A program made the translations under genes and the position numbers. A stretch of DNA of 64,000 nt from Thermoproteota archaeon (lineage in GTDB: Archaea; Korarchaeota; Korarchaeia; Korarchaeales; Korarchaeaceae), in the NCBI GenBank assembly GCA_027491785.1, contig JAOZGJ010000040.1:630-64629 (forward strand). Reading direction: 5' to 3'. The notes under the pieces are model-generated. The model made no database searches. It was not told where the DNA came from and was given only the letters and a program-made list of their open reading frames with translations. Positions 47,530-56,801 of this stretch are shown here, in pieces. Position 1 is the first letter of the stretch, and each line of letters starts with the position of its first letter.

Positions 47530-48513
47530 TTATCTTAATATCCTCCTTACTAGTCTTGGTATATCCCCATGATTCCTCAACTCATGAAATTCACCTTCCC
47601 CTAGATTAGCTAAGGTTTTACAGAAAGAAACACCTTTGGAAGGTCTGCGTTTACCTACATAAACTACATGAAGGTCCTTAATTTTAGATGCTATGTACCT
47701 AGGATCTTCGCCAACATTATGCTCCCCATCTGTTATGAGTATGAATTTAGGCTTTTTCATAGATTTAGATTCCTCTAAGGCCGAGGATAGCCCATCCGCT
47801 ATGTTTGTGTATCCTAAAGGAACTAAATCTACTATCTTCTCTACCACCTCAAGAGGATCTCTATTCTCACATGCTCTTTTTATAAAAAAAGCTTCGCTAT
47901 TGAATCCTATAACAGAATAATCTCCTTTACTAACTTTATGTGAAATTATCGCTGCTATAGTTGCTGCGCTTAAGATCTTATGTCCTGACATGGACCCACT
48001 GGAATCTATCACCACTACTACTGAGTAATTCCTCTTCCTCCTATCCAATCCCACTATATCTTCATAGGTAATTCTATCAAGCTTCTTACCGCTATCCATT
48101 AGCCTATAAACAGTTTCTTCCGCATCAAAATCCATTCCAGGTTCGTAAGCAGAATTTACTTTCCTATTTTCCGCTAAATTTCCCTTACTTCTCTTTACAG
48201 ATACATTGATTATGGTCTTGGCTACAAGCCGCCTAAACATGCTTCTCGCTCTCTTATTAAGCTTCCATCTCACTTGCCTATAGAGCCTTACTGCCTTTTC
48301 AGGGTCTCTCTCCAATGACTTGATGAATCTCGATGTAAAGGTACCCTCAGAGATAACCTTAGCTACAACTAGCTGGCTGTAATATGATATCTTTAAGAGG
48401 GCATCAATATTGCCCTCTAGCAGATAATAATTAGCAGCTTCTCTCAACTTCTCATAATCGTTCATTATAGGATCCTTTGAAAGAGGGATCCTCCTATCCA
48501 ATCCATTTATCAT
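47530..48513 (-). CDS. von Willebrand factor A domain protein (MoxR partner)
   Basis: MIDAS motif DSSGSM, YTNIADGL and LITDGEHN; reading frame stays open upstream into the end of moxR. Confidence 0.92.
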   Translation of the reverse strand: MINGLDRRIPLSKDPIMNDYEKLREAANYYLLEGNIDALLKISYYSQLVVAKVISEGTFTSRFIKSLERDPEKAVRLYRQVRWKLNKRARSMFRRLVAKTIINVSVKRSKGNLAENRKVNSAYEPGMDFDAEETVYRLMDSGKKLDRITYEDIVGLDRRKRNYSVVVVIDSSGSMSGHKILSAATIAAIISHKVSKGDYSVIGFNSEAFFIKRACENRDPLEVVEKIVDLVPLGYTNIADGLSSALEESKSMKKPKFILITDGEHNVGEDPRYIASKIKDLHVVYVGKRRPSKGVSFCKTLANLGEGEFHELRNHGDIPRLVRRILR

Positions 48514-48514
48514 C

Positions 48515-48549
48515 GGAGCCGCAGATGGCTCCTCATTTATCGAAAATCC
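48515..48549 (-). promoter_or_regulatory. candidate -1 programmed ribosomal frameshift signal
   Basis: G GAT TTT heptamer (48549-48543) in the MoxR frame, one codon before the stop; GGAGCC-N6-GGCTCC hairpin (48532-48515); -1 frame is continuous with the vWA ORF. Confidence 0.6.
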
Positions 48550-49415
48550 ATGTCTCCTTTTTCTCCTGATAGAATAGATCTAACGATATCCCTTATTATC
48601 GCCTCCTTATCTATACTCGAATCTCTGCTCTCTATTCTCTGGGGAAGCACCATTAGAGCAGCATTATACCACCTCTCCTCTTCCTCATTTCCATTAATCA
48701 TACTAGCTATCTTAGCTAGATCTATCGTAGATCTAACGGAACCACCCCTTGATAGGCTGGGGTGTACCCTCGTTCTTCTTACTATATCTACACTTATCTG
48801 GGCAGTTTTGAGGTCCAACTCTGGAATATGCTTCCTCACTATATCTATCTCCTCATCCCTACTTGGATAGCTCAACTTAACCAGTACGAATCGGTCCTTC
48901 AGGGCTTCTGATAGCCTAAGAACTCCCACATCCTCCTCTGGATTCTGCGTCGCTATGATAAGGAAGCCATCTTTCGCTTTTATAGTTCCTAGATGTGGTA
49001 CATGTATTAAGCCCTCATCCATAACCGGAAGGAGAGCATTTTGAGCTGACTCAGGAAGTCTGTTTAGTTCGTTTATAAAGAGCACAGAGCCGCTTGTGGC
49101 CGCTCTAGTTAGAGGACCTGGTATAAAGGCATCGTCTACATATCCCATTTTCAAAACCATAGGAGGATCCCAGTACCCGATAAGTTTGCTTTCATTTAGC
49201 CTCTCATCTCCATCTACTCTTACAAAGTCTCTGGATAGATATTCTGCCAGGGATTTTGCTAGGAGAGTTTTCCCTACACCAACAGGACCCTCAAGTAGTA
49301 TGTGCCTCCCGCTCCTAACAGCTATAAGCATCTTAAGTAGCTCAGCTCTCCTTCCAACTATGCCATATCGCTGTCTTATCTCATCAACTTCATCTAGGAT
49401 TTCTTTAGCTAGCAT
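48537..49415 (-). CDS. MoxR-family AAA+ ATPase
   Basis: LLEGPVGVGKT, LFINELNR, QNALL, ATQNP and LSEALKDRF motifs. Confidence 0.93.
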   Translation of the reverse strand: MLAKEILDEVDEIRQRYGIVGRRAELLKMLIAVRSGRHILLEGPVGVGKTLLAKSLAEYLSRDFVRVDGDERLNESKLIGYWDPPMVLKMGYVDDAFIPGPLTRAATSGSVLFINELNRLPESAQNALLPVMDEGLIHVPHLGTIKAKDGFLIIATQNPEEDVGVLRLSEALKDRFVLVKLSYPSRDEEIDIVRKHIPELDLKTAQISVDIVRRTRVHPSLSRGGSVRSTIDLAKIASMINGNEEEERWYNAALMVLPQRIESRDSSIDKEAIIRDIVRSILSGEKGDMDFR

Positions 49416-49514
49416 ACGTGCCTACCACTACTTAGTCGTAATTTCTGAAATATTAAGTTAAGGTCTGCCTAATACTACATACACTTAATCTATATAAGTC
49501 ATAAATTACTCCAC

Positions 49515-50090
49515 TTACTTCATCCAACTGTCAATGAATTTACTAATTATGGCAAAAACATCTCCCGCATTTAATCTAGTAGTGTCGAGAACCAAATGGA
49601 ATGGGGAAAGATCCTTTCCTAATTCAAAACCATATATTTTCTTATATATTAAAAATGTCTCCTTTTCTTTAAGTTTTATCATTTTAATTGCTTCCTTAAG
49701 ATCCATTCTATCCCTCCTAGCTACTCTCATCGCTCTAACGTTCAGATCCCCCTTCAGGAATATCTTGATGCATTCCCTAGGACCCAATAAGTAGGCCATG
49801 GTCCAAGAATCCAGAACGTAACCACCCTCCCTGGCCATTTTCATAAGCCTTCTATCTACTTCCCTATCTAAATTGGGGTTTGATAACCTCTCCTCCATAG
49901 CCCTAGAGGCTATCTTCCTCTCCCACCATCCAGGATCCCTTAAGCTCTCCTTTCCACCTATTATCTCTTTCAATATATCTCCTCCAGAGACCACCCTTAA
50001 TCCGTATTTCTCAGCTAATCTTCTCGCTAATGTACTCTTACCGCTTCCAGTAAGCCCGGATAGGCATATATTGAACTTCTTTTCGGCCAA
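49515..50090 (-). CDS. cmk: cytidylate kinase (archaeal type)
   Basis: SGLTGSGKSTLA, DREVD, RAMRVARRD and LVLDT motifs. Confidence 0.9.
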   Translation of the reverse strand: MAEKKFNICLSGLTGSGKSTLARRLAEKYGLRVVSGGDILKEIIGGKESLRDPGWWERKIASRAMEERLSNPNLDREVDRRLMKMAREGGYVLDSWTMAYLLGPRECIKIFLKGDLNVRAMRVARRDRMDLKEAIKMIKLKEKETFLIYKKIYGFELGKDLSPFHLVLDTTRLNAGDVFAIISKFIDSWMK

Positions 50091-50099
50091 AGAATCACC

Positions 50100-51077
50100 T
50101 CAATAGACATTAATCAATGGCCATTGAATCTCATCTATTCTCCACTGAGGTTTTATGAATGATTCTTCTACTTTATCCGGACCCCGAATCATATAAGAGA
50201 GTATCGCAGTCCAGGCGATCATAGCACCGTTATCCCTAGAGAGTTCTGGAGGAGGTACCTTCAGCTTGGCTCCTCTCTCATTACACATCGTGTTAAATTT
50301 ATCCCTTAATCTAGGAGATGCTGCAACGCCTCCCACGAGCAAAATTTCTTTTTTACCAGTTAAAGCTAGGGCTCTCTCAGCTACTTCTACGATCATAGAG
50401 AATGCTACCTCCATAAAGCTCCAAACTACATCTTCTACTCTCGTACCAGATTTTATCCTCTTGATCGATTCTGTTAGGAGACCACTGAAAGATAGGTCCA
50501 TACCCTTTACGGTATAGGGTAGATCTATCCATTCTCCCCTCATCTGGTCTAGCTTAGGTCCTGCGGGGAAGGGTAGTCCTATCTCCCTACCAAGCTTATC
50601 TTGGGCATTACCAATGCCTATATCTAAGGTCTCTCCCAAAACCACGTATTTTCTTCCGTTATGCGTTATAACTTGGGTGTTACCACCAGAAACGTACACT
50701 ATAACAGGATCTTGGCTTAGAGAAACCTTTCTTCCTATCTCTATATGTGCTAGAGGGTGATTAATCCCTACCAGAGGCTTCCCCAATCTCACAGATAAGT
50801 TCCTCGCTATAAAGGCACCTATGACAAGTGCTTGACCTATTCCTGGGCCTCTTGAATATCCTATAATGGATATTTCTAGAGGAGAGATTTTCGCTTTCTC
50901 CAGCGCCTTCCTGATGACATTCATCGCTACAACGGAGTGATGCTCTGCAAGATCATTTGGCCTCATTCCTCCTAGTGGTGACTTGTAGGGATCAGTGACA
51001 TTAGCGAGTATCTTCCCCTGACTATCTACTATTCCAACCCCAAATGTATGGGCCGTCGATTCTATTCCTAGGGCTAT
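50100..51077 (-). CDS. kae1: t6A synthase Kae1/TsaD, probable ATA start (ORF track truncates it at 50966)
   Basis: In-frame upstream sequence gives (I)ALGIESTAHTFGVGIV, the conserved Kae1 N-terminus; HPLAHIE, VSGGNT and DNGAMIA motifs. Confidence 0.95.
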   Translation of the reverse strand: MALGIESTAHTFGVGIVDSQGKILANVTDPYKSPLGGMRPNDLAEHHSVVAMNVIRKALEKAKISPLEISIIGYSRGPGIGQALVIGAFIARNLSVRLGKPLVGINHPLAHIEIGRKVSLSQDPVIVYVSGGNTQVITHNGRKYVVLGETLDIGIGNAQDKLGREIGLPFPAGPKLDQMRGEWIDLPYTVKGMDLSFSGLLTESIKRIKSGTRVEDVVWSFMEVAFSMIVEVAERALALTGKKEILLVGGVAASPRLRDKFNTMCNERGAKLKVPPPELSRDNGAMIAWTAILSYMIRGPDKVEESFIKPQWRIDEIQWPLINVY

Positions 51078-51703
51078 GAGTTCACCATCTTTCTGTACTC
51101 TTCCACTATCGACATGAATGGGACATCCCCCTCCCTTATGAGTTTAGGTCTCCCGGATGTGAGATCTACTATCGTTGAAGGTTTACTTGGAGGTAATACT
51201 CCATAATCGAGTATCATATCTACTTCTCCTAGTTCCTTAACTACCTCTCTGGGATCCCTTTTAGGGGGTGATCCGGATTTATTGGCACTAGTTGCCGTTA
51301 TAGCCCTATCAAATAACTTAATCAAATCTAGAACCAGAGGAAGATTAGGTATTCTGATTCCAATTGCTCGTGGATTAACTATATCCGGAACCCTACTAGT
51401 CTTAGGGAATATCAAAGTAACCTTTCCTGGAAGAAATCTCTCCATAAGATGCCTGCCTAACTCATCTATCTTAGCATATCTCTCTGCCATTTTAATGTCG
51501 GAAACAGCTATTGTCAGCGGATTTCTAAGGTCTCTTTCCTTTACTTCGTAAACCCTCCTAACAGCTCCTTCATTTTCAGCATCAGCACCTAAGCCGTATA
51601 CGGTATCAGTAGGATATACCACAAGTCCCCCAGATGACCATCTGTTGATTACTTGGGCCCTACAGTTTTCATCGCATCCTGATCTCACGTTTAACCATAT
51701 CAC
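51074..51703 (-). CDS. tsaC: threonylcarbamoyl-AMP synthase (short TsaC/YrdC type)
   Basis: YPTDTVYGLG, KERDLRNPL, TSANKSG and PSTIVD motifs; no SUA5 C-terminal domain. Confidence 0.95.
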   Translation of the reverse strand: MIWLNVRSGCDENCRAQVINRWSSGGLVVYPTDTVYGLGADAENEGAVRRVYEVKERDLRNPLTIAVSDIKMAERYAKIDELGRHLMERFLPGKVTLIFPKTSRVPDIVNPRAIGIRIPNLPLVLDLIKLFDRAITATSANKSGSPPKRDPREVVKELGEVDMILDYGVLPPSKPSTIVDLTSGRPKLIREGDVPFMSIVEEYRKMVNS

Positions 51704-51734
51704 AAGAAATAGAGGATAAACGGTTTAATAAATC

Positions 51735-52667
51735 ATGGCATTGGATCCTACTAGGATTAAAATGGATGAAGAAGAAATGGAAGCTTATATAAAGCTTGGA
51801 GAGTACCACTCTCATGTTTTAAATAGCTTTGCAAGAAATATAAAAGGCAATGTAAAGGTTGCAGAGCTGGTCGAGGGATCTGAAAGGAGCATAAAGGAAG
51901 GTGGGTACGAGTTAGCCTTTCCAACTAATCTTTCCATAAACGAGGTTGCGGCTCACTATACCGCTTATCCTGGAGATGAGACCTCTATACCGGAGAGCGG
52001 AGTCGTAAAACTCGATATGGGGGCCCATTTAAATGGTATGATAGTTGATGCAGCCAGATCCATAGCTCTCAATGAGAAGTATGAGGAACTTGTTCACGTG
52101 GCAAAGGACGCATTGGATAGTGCAATAAAAAGGATGCTTCCTGGAAATAAAATTAGAGAGGTAAGCGAGGCTATCTATAATACCATCGTATCAGCCGGTT
52201 ATAAGCCGATACAAAACCTTACGGGTCACAAGATAGAGATATATGTACTTCATGCTGGTACCGAGATACCTAATGTCCCAGTCAGAGGCGGGTATAGGCT
52301 AAAAGAAGGGGATATCTTCGCAATAGAGCCCTTTGTTACTTTTCCTGAAGCTAAAGGTTATGTGGTACCAGTAGGAGATCCTTTAATATTCTCCTTCAGG
52401 AAAAAAATAAGAACTAGAGATGAGATTGAGAGAAAAGTCATCAGGTTGATAGAGAAAAAATATAATAGACTTCCCTTCTGCGAGAGATGGTTATTCAAAG
52501 AATTAGGTCATAGATTAAATAATACCCTCCTCAGGCTCATCGAAAGAAGAGCCCTAATAGGATATCCTCCATTAGTAGAAGCTAGCCGGAAGATGGTTGC
52601 TCAATACGAGGATACTGTTTTAGTGACATCAGATGGCCCCATTAGACTTACTGGTGGTACTCCGTGA
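51735..52667 (+). CDS. map: methionine aminopeptidase type II
   Basis: AFPTNLSINEVAAHY, KLDMGAHLNG, NLTGH, AIEPF and AQYEDT motifs. Confidence 0.96.
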   Translation: MALDPTRIKMDEEEMEAYIKLGEYHSHVLNSFARNIKGNVKVAELVEGSERSIKEGGYELAFPTNLSINEVAAHYTAYPGDETSIPESGVVKLDMGAHLNGMIVDAARSIALNEKYEELVHVAKDALDSAIKRMLPGNKIREVSEAIYNTIVSAGYKPIQNLTGHKIEIYVLHAGTEIPNVPVRGGYRLKEGDIFAIEPFVTFPEAKGYVVPVGDPLIFSFRKKIRTRDEIERKVIRLIEKKYNRLPFCERWLFKELGHRLNNTLLRLIERRALIGYPPLVEASRKMVAQYEDTVLVTSDGPIRLTGGTP

Positions 52668-53074
52668 GAAGAAAAGCGAAGGGGACAAAAGCTGAGAGAG
52701 ACTTGATCGACAAGCTGTGGATGCATGGAATTGCAGCAATAAGGGTTGCGGGAAGTGGATCAACAAGTCATCCATCTACTGACGTAATCGCTGGCTATAA
52801 GGGAAAAATAGCAGTTATAGAAGTGAAAACTACATCAAAAGATATAGTTTACATTCCTCAAGAGGAAGTAAGCTCCATGGCGAAGCTTGCACTCATAATG
52901 GGGGGAGATTGCTGGTTTGCAATTAGATTTTCATCCGATAGAGGTAAGTTCTATTTGGTCAGAATGGACGATGCGAGAAAACTCAAGTCAGGTTCTATAG
53001 CAATAGATATTGCTCTTGCAAGATCTAAGGGATTCTCTGTAGAGAACTTTGCTAAGCTACTTACTATGGCTTAA
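52664..53074 (+). CDS. hjc: Holliday junction resolvase Hjc
   Basis: KGTKAERDL, RVAGSG, DVIAG and IEVK motifs. Confidence 0.93.
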   Translation: MRRKAKGTKAERDLIDKLWMHGIAAIRVAGSGSTSHPSTDVIAGYKGKIAVIEVKTTSKDIVYIPQEEVSSMAKLALIMGGDCWFAIRFSSDRGKFYLVRMDDARKLKSGSIAIDIALARSKGFSVENFAKLLTMA

Positions 53075-54155
53075 ACCAAGTCATCTTATAGCTGATAACA
53101 TGGTTACCTGAAACTAGTGAGACAATTAGGTCTTTTCTCACTGAAGTGGCCACCCTACCAGATCTTATAAGATCCACAGGTCTAATTTTATCCTCAATGG
53201 ATCCTGTGAGGCAGAGATACGGCGCATGTTCCAATCCAGGGCCTTTCTCATAGACCAGATAATCAGCTCCATACTTAGAACCTGCTTTTGGTATATAGCC
53301 AAGCTCTCTCCAATATCGGTAAACCATCTCCTTGATACTGGATCCATCTCTGAGGGAGAAGAATAACTTACGAAGTTCCTCTAGATCCAATTCCCTCCCA
53401 TTATAATCTCTGACTACGAGCTTTCCCTTCGAGACTAGGTAAAGAGCTTCTATTATGGGTAGCTGCAGGGGGACTTCATATAATTTGAAGGGTTCAGGTT
53501 TATCTATTCCTAGAGGATGCCCCCAGAATCCATTTACATAAGCCTTTCCTCCCTCTTTGTCGAACACTAAGACTCTATCACCTACTATAACTCCTGTGAG
53601 CATTGGTATCTCACCTGATCTAGCTAACCTCGTATCCCTTCTACTTGGAATGAAATTTTGGGCCCTATAGTAAGTTACGTTCAGTTCATCGTCTACAACA
53701 GCTAAAATAAGCCTTTTCCTAAGCTTAGCGGTCTTTTCTACCATATCTAGGATGTACTTGTGAGGAATGGGTCGATCTTCAGATAGCGTTAGAACTAGAT
53801 CCTTAGAAGCAGCTTTCCCTATTTTAGCTCCTTTAGGATATAGTCTAAGGAAATCAGTAGCTCTCTCATAGACCACTATCCTATCCTTCCTCCTAAGATC
53901 GCTATAAACTATGTACTTGAGGAAACCTCTGGAATCGCTGACAAAGAGTTTTAAGAGATCCTCGAACATTATAGACTTCTCCTCCTGATCAAAAACCTCT
54001 ATTTTTCCACTCCAGACAAGATAAGCTGCCTCTAATGGGTGAAGTTCTAGGCCTACGTCGAGAAGTTCTCCATAGCCTTGATCATACAGCTTTTGAGCGT
54101 ACCCTCTCTCTTCCACATACACATAATCTCCTTTCAATAGCCCTTTGATTGCCAT
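53064..54155 (-). CDS. endA: tRNA splicing endonuclease (two-unit fused type)
   Basis: Two repeats (EAAYLV / EALYLV); catalytic unit KYGADYLVYEKGPGLEHA...VRK. Confidence 0.95.
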   Translation of the reverse strand: MAIKGLLKGDYVYVEERGYAQKLYDQGYGELLDVGLELHPLEAAYLVWSGKIEVFDQEEKSIMFEDLLKLFVSDSRGFLKYIVYSDLRRKDRIVVYERATDFLRLYPKGAKIGKAASKDLVLTLSEDRPIPHKYILDMVEKTAKLRKRLILAVVDDELNVTYYRAQNFIPSRRDTRLARSGEIPMLTGVIVGDRVLVFDKEGGKAYVNGFWGHPLGIDKPEPFKLYEVPLQLPIIEALYLVSKGKLVVRDYNGRELDLEELRKLFFSLRDGSSIKEMVYRYWRELGYIPKAGSKYGADYLVYEKGPGLEHAPYLCLTGSIEDKIRPVDLIRSGRVATSVRKDLIVSLVSGNHVISYKMTWFKP

Positions 54156-54165
54156 TTAGACCCCT

Positions 54166-55101
54166 TTACAATAGGATTTTATTCTCTAAGCCAGTAAATA
54201 TGGAGGTTATTACGCCCTTTGCGAACTCGTAGCCTATCTCTGGATCCTCACCGCTCTTAACGTGACTGACGAAGTAGGATAATTCCTCTCTAAGAGGCTC
54301 ACTTTTTCTTATTCTTGGTTGCTCAACCTTATCTGCCAGTTCTACTCTAACTATCTGCTCTGGGTAGTTAACTATCAGGCTTCCTTTATCTCCCATGAAC
54401 AAAGCCTCCCTAATACCTGATGGTGTAAGCCAGTTGGTCTCTATAGTTGATATTACCCCATTCGGATAATGAGATAAAAATATAGCCAGATCTTCCTCAC
54501 CACTATCCTCCAAGAGCTTTGCTGTGTAGGAAGAAACCTTCAAAGGTTTCTCTCCTGTAACATAGTGCTGCACGTACATCTCATGGATGGCAAGATCTAG
54601 AGATACTCCTATCTTCCACCCCACGGCCTTCTTAGGAAGACGTCCCACTCTTCTAGACCATATGGATAATAGGCTGCCTACATCACCTCTATCTAAGATA
54701 TCCTTGAGTGCTCTAACGGCTGGATTAAATACCTCTATAAAGCCAGGCATGAATATGGCATCCGTTTTCTTTATAATTGCCTCTAAATCGCTTAATTCCT
54801 CTCTACTGGTTACTACAGGCTTCTCTACTAAGACAGATGATCCCGCCAGCATAGCCTCTTGAGCTGCTTGATGAAGGTGTTGAGGGGTAACTGCCACACT
54901 TACAGCATCAAGGGATTCCTTGCGAATCATATCCTCTATTGATGTGTAATAATTCACATGATAAATCTCAGCTAACCCCTTGGCTATGTCTCTCCTTACA
55001 TCCATGACAGCTACAAGTTTGGCATCTCCTAGCATCCTGTAAACTCTAGCATGCGCTGATCCGAACCATCCGCATCCGATGACCCCTACTCTGACAATCA
55101 A
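54166..55101 (-). CDS. Gfo/Idh/MocA oxidoreductase
   Basis: VGVIGCGWFG, VLVEKP and DLAIHE motifs; start moved to TTG at 55101. Confidence 0.92.
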   Translation of the reverse strand: MIVRVGVIGCGWFGSAHARVYRMLGDAKLVAVMDVRRDIAKGLAEIYHVNYYTSIEDMIRKESLDAVSVAVTPQHLHQAAQEAMLAGSSVLVEKPVVTSREELSDLEAIIKKTDAIFMPGFIEVFNPAVRALKDILDRGDVGSLLSIWSRRVGRLPKKAVGWKIGVSLDLAIHEMYVQHYVTGEKPLKVSSYTAKLLEDSGEEDLAIFLSHYPNGVISTIETNWLTPSGIREALFMGDKGSLIVNYPEQIVRVELADKVEQPRIRKSEPLREELSYFVSHVKSGEDPEIGYEFAKGVITSIFTGLENKILL

Positions 55102-55156
55102 TTTTACCCCGATAGGTATATTTCTTAGCCCATAAAAAGGATCCGGTGGATATAGT

Positions 55157-56005
55157 ATGATTGGGGGCGGCAAGGTATCAGGCTTCATCCAACTTTTCCG
55201 ACCTAAGAACGCGTTGATGTCTGTTTTAGGCGTTTTAGTTGGATGGATAAATGTCTCTGAGGAAGTATCACCTCACCTCCTCCTAGCATGTTTAGTACCG
55301 CCCCTCATACTTATGGCCGGCAATGCCATTAACGATTATTTTGATGCCCCAATAGATGCAATAAATAAGCCTAATAGACCCATCCCATCTGGCACTATCT
55401 CCAAACAAGAAGCGCTCATTTCCTACGTAATATTATCCCTTATAGGAGTTGCCCTTAGCATGCCTCTCGGTAAAGTAGAATTTCTCATAGCCCTATTCTT
55501 CGCAATCTCATGGTATGCATATGCTAAATGGCTGAAATCGATGGGTTTAATCGGTAATGCGCTAGTTAGCCTAGGAGTAGCATTTACTCTTATCTTCGGT
55601 GCATTAGCTACTGGGATTTTAACGCCGAAGGTTGTAGCCTTTTCCTCGATAGCTTTCACATCGAACTTAGCTAGAGAAGTTGTTAAGACTATTGAGGACA
55701 TAGAGGGAGATGCAGCCTATGGACTAAGAACTGTGGCAATAAGGTTAGGATTAAAGAAATCCGGTTTGCTAGCTGCTGGTCTCTCTTTATTATCTAGTTT
55801 TCTTACCGTAATCCCTCTAATAATGCTGGGGACGGGTTGGGCCTATCTTATATTGACAGTACTAGTGTCCGTTCCATTGCTAATATACTCAGCATATCTT
55901 TCTTGTAGAATAAAGGGTAAAGAAAATGCCAGAAGGATAAGCAATCTCCTAAAGACCTCGATGTTTTTAGGAATTATAGGGATGCTCTTGGATCCCATCA
56001 TCTGA
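55157..56005 (+). CDS. digeranylgeranylglyceryl-phosphate synthase (UbiA family)
   Basis: RPKN, NAINDYFDAPIDAINKPNRPIPSG and REVVKTIEDIEGD motifs. Confidence 0.92.
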   Translation: MIGGGKVSGFIQLFRPKNALMSVLGVLVGWINVSEEVSPHLLLACLVPPLILMAGNAINDYFDAPIDAINKPNRPIPSGTISKQEALISYVILSLIGVALSMPLGKVEFLIALFFAISWYAYAKWLKSMGLIGNALVSLGVAFTLIFGALATGILTPKVVAFSSIAFTSNLAREVVKTIEDIEGDAAYGLRTVAIRLGLKKSGLLAAGLSLLSSFLTVIPLIMLGTGWAYLILTVLVSVPLLIYSAYLSCRIKGKENARRISNLLKTSMFLGIIGMLLDPII

Positions 56006-56801
56006 GAAGCCTGAGAAGGCTTCTCCTCTCTAAAACTCCAACTATTCTATCCTCATGTTTGACTACTGGGATACCTGGTAGCCCAGATTCTATGAAAACA
56101 TCCTTAGCTAAATCTATTGATGCCAAATAGCTCAGTTTCCTTGGAGATTCTAACATTATATCTTCCACCACTATCCTCCTAACTACGTTATCCATGTATA
56201 TTGGATCAATATCTTCTCTGACGTCAAGAAAAGCCTTAGCCATATCTTTCTCCGTAATAAGGCCAACTAACTTACCTGATTCTATCACAGGGAGAATTCT
56301 AGCTCCTCTCTCCAGCATTATGCTTCTAGCATGAACTATTCTCTCATTAGGCATTATCTTGGGATGGTTCTCTTTGACTAGCTCCTTTATATCGCTATCT
56401 GAGTTGACAAGCTTAATTAGATCTGTCTCGGTTATTATTCCCACAAGCCTTCCATCGTTTTCTGTTACTGGCAGAGAACCTATCCCTCTCTCTATCATTA
56501 ACCTAATTGCTTCTTTTATAGGAAAATCGGGATTTACTGCTATAGGAGGCTCTGTCATTAACGCACTGACATATATTCTCCTTGCAGGGATCCTCTGGAA
56601 TCTAGAGGATCCTAAACCATCCATTATATCCCTCATACTGAGCACTCCAACTACCCTCTCACCCGATGTAACTATCAAATGGTTGATATCATTCCTCTCC
56701 ATGATATCGAAAGCAACCTTAACAGTTTCTCCCTTATCTATCGAAATTACAGGCTTAGTCATGAGATCTGAAACTTTCTTATTATGAGGCATTAGCAGCA
56801 C
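55998..56801 (-). CDS. CBS-domain protein (4 CBS)
   Basis: Repeated LMT.P, LPV and LVGIITETD motifs. Confidence 0.92.
   Translation of the reverse strand: MLLMPHNKKVSDLMTKPVISIDKGETVKVAFDIMERNDINHLIVTSGERVVGVLSMRDIMDGLGSSRFQRIPARRIYVSALMTEPPIAVNPDFPIKEAIRLMIERGIGSLPVTENDGRLVGIITETDLIKLVNSDSDIKELVKENHPKIMPNERIVHARSIMLERGARILPVIESGKLVGLITEKDMAKAFLDVREDIDPIYMDNVVRRIVVEDIMLESPRKLSYLASIDLAKDVFIESGLPGIPVVKHEDRIVGVLERRSLLRLLR

Noticed and set aside
48510-48536. 8-codon mini-ORF MRSHLRLR between the moxR stop and the vWA ATG
   Set aside because: Not called as a gene because it is too short and lacks independent support. It remains an alternative re-initiation route to the vWA ORF if the frameshift model fails.
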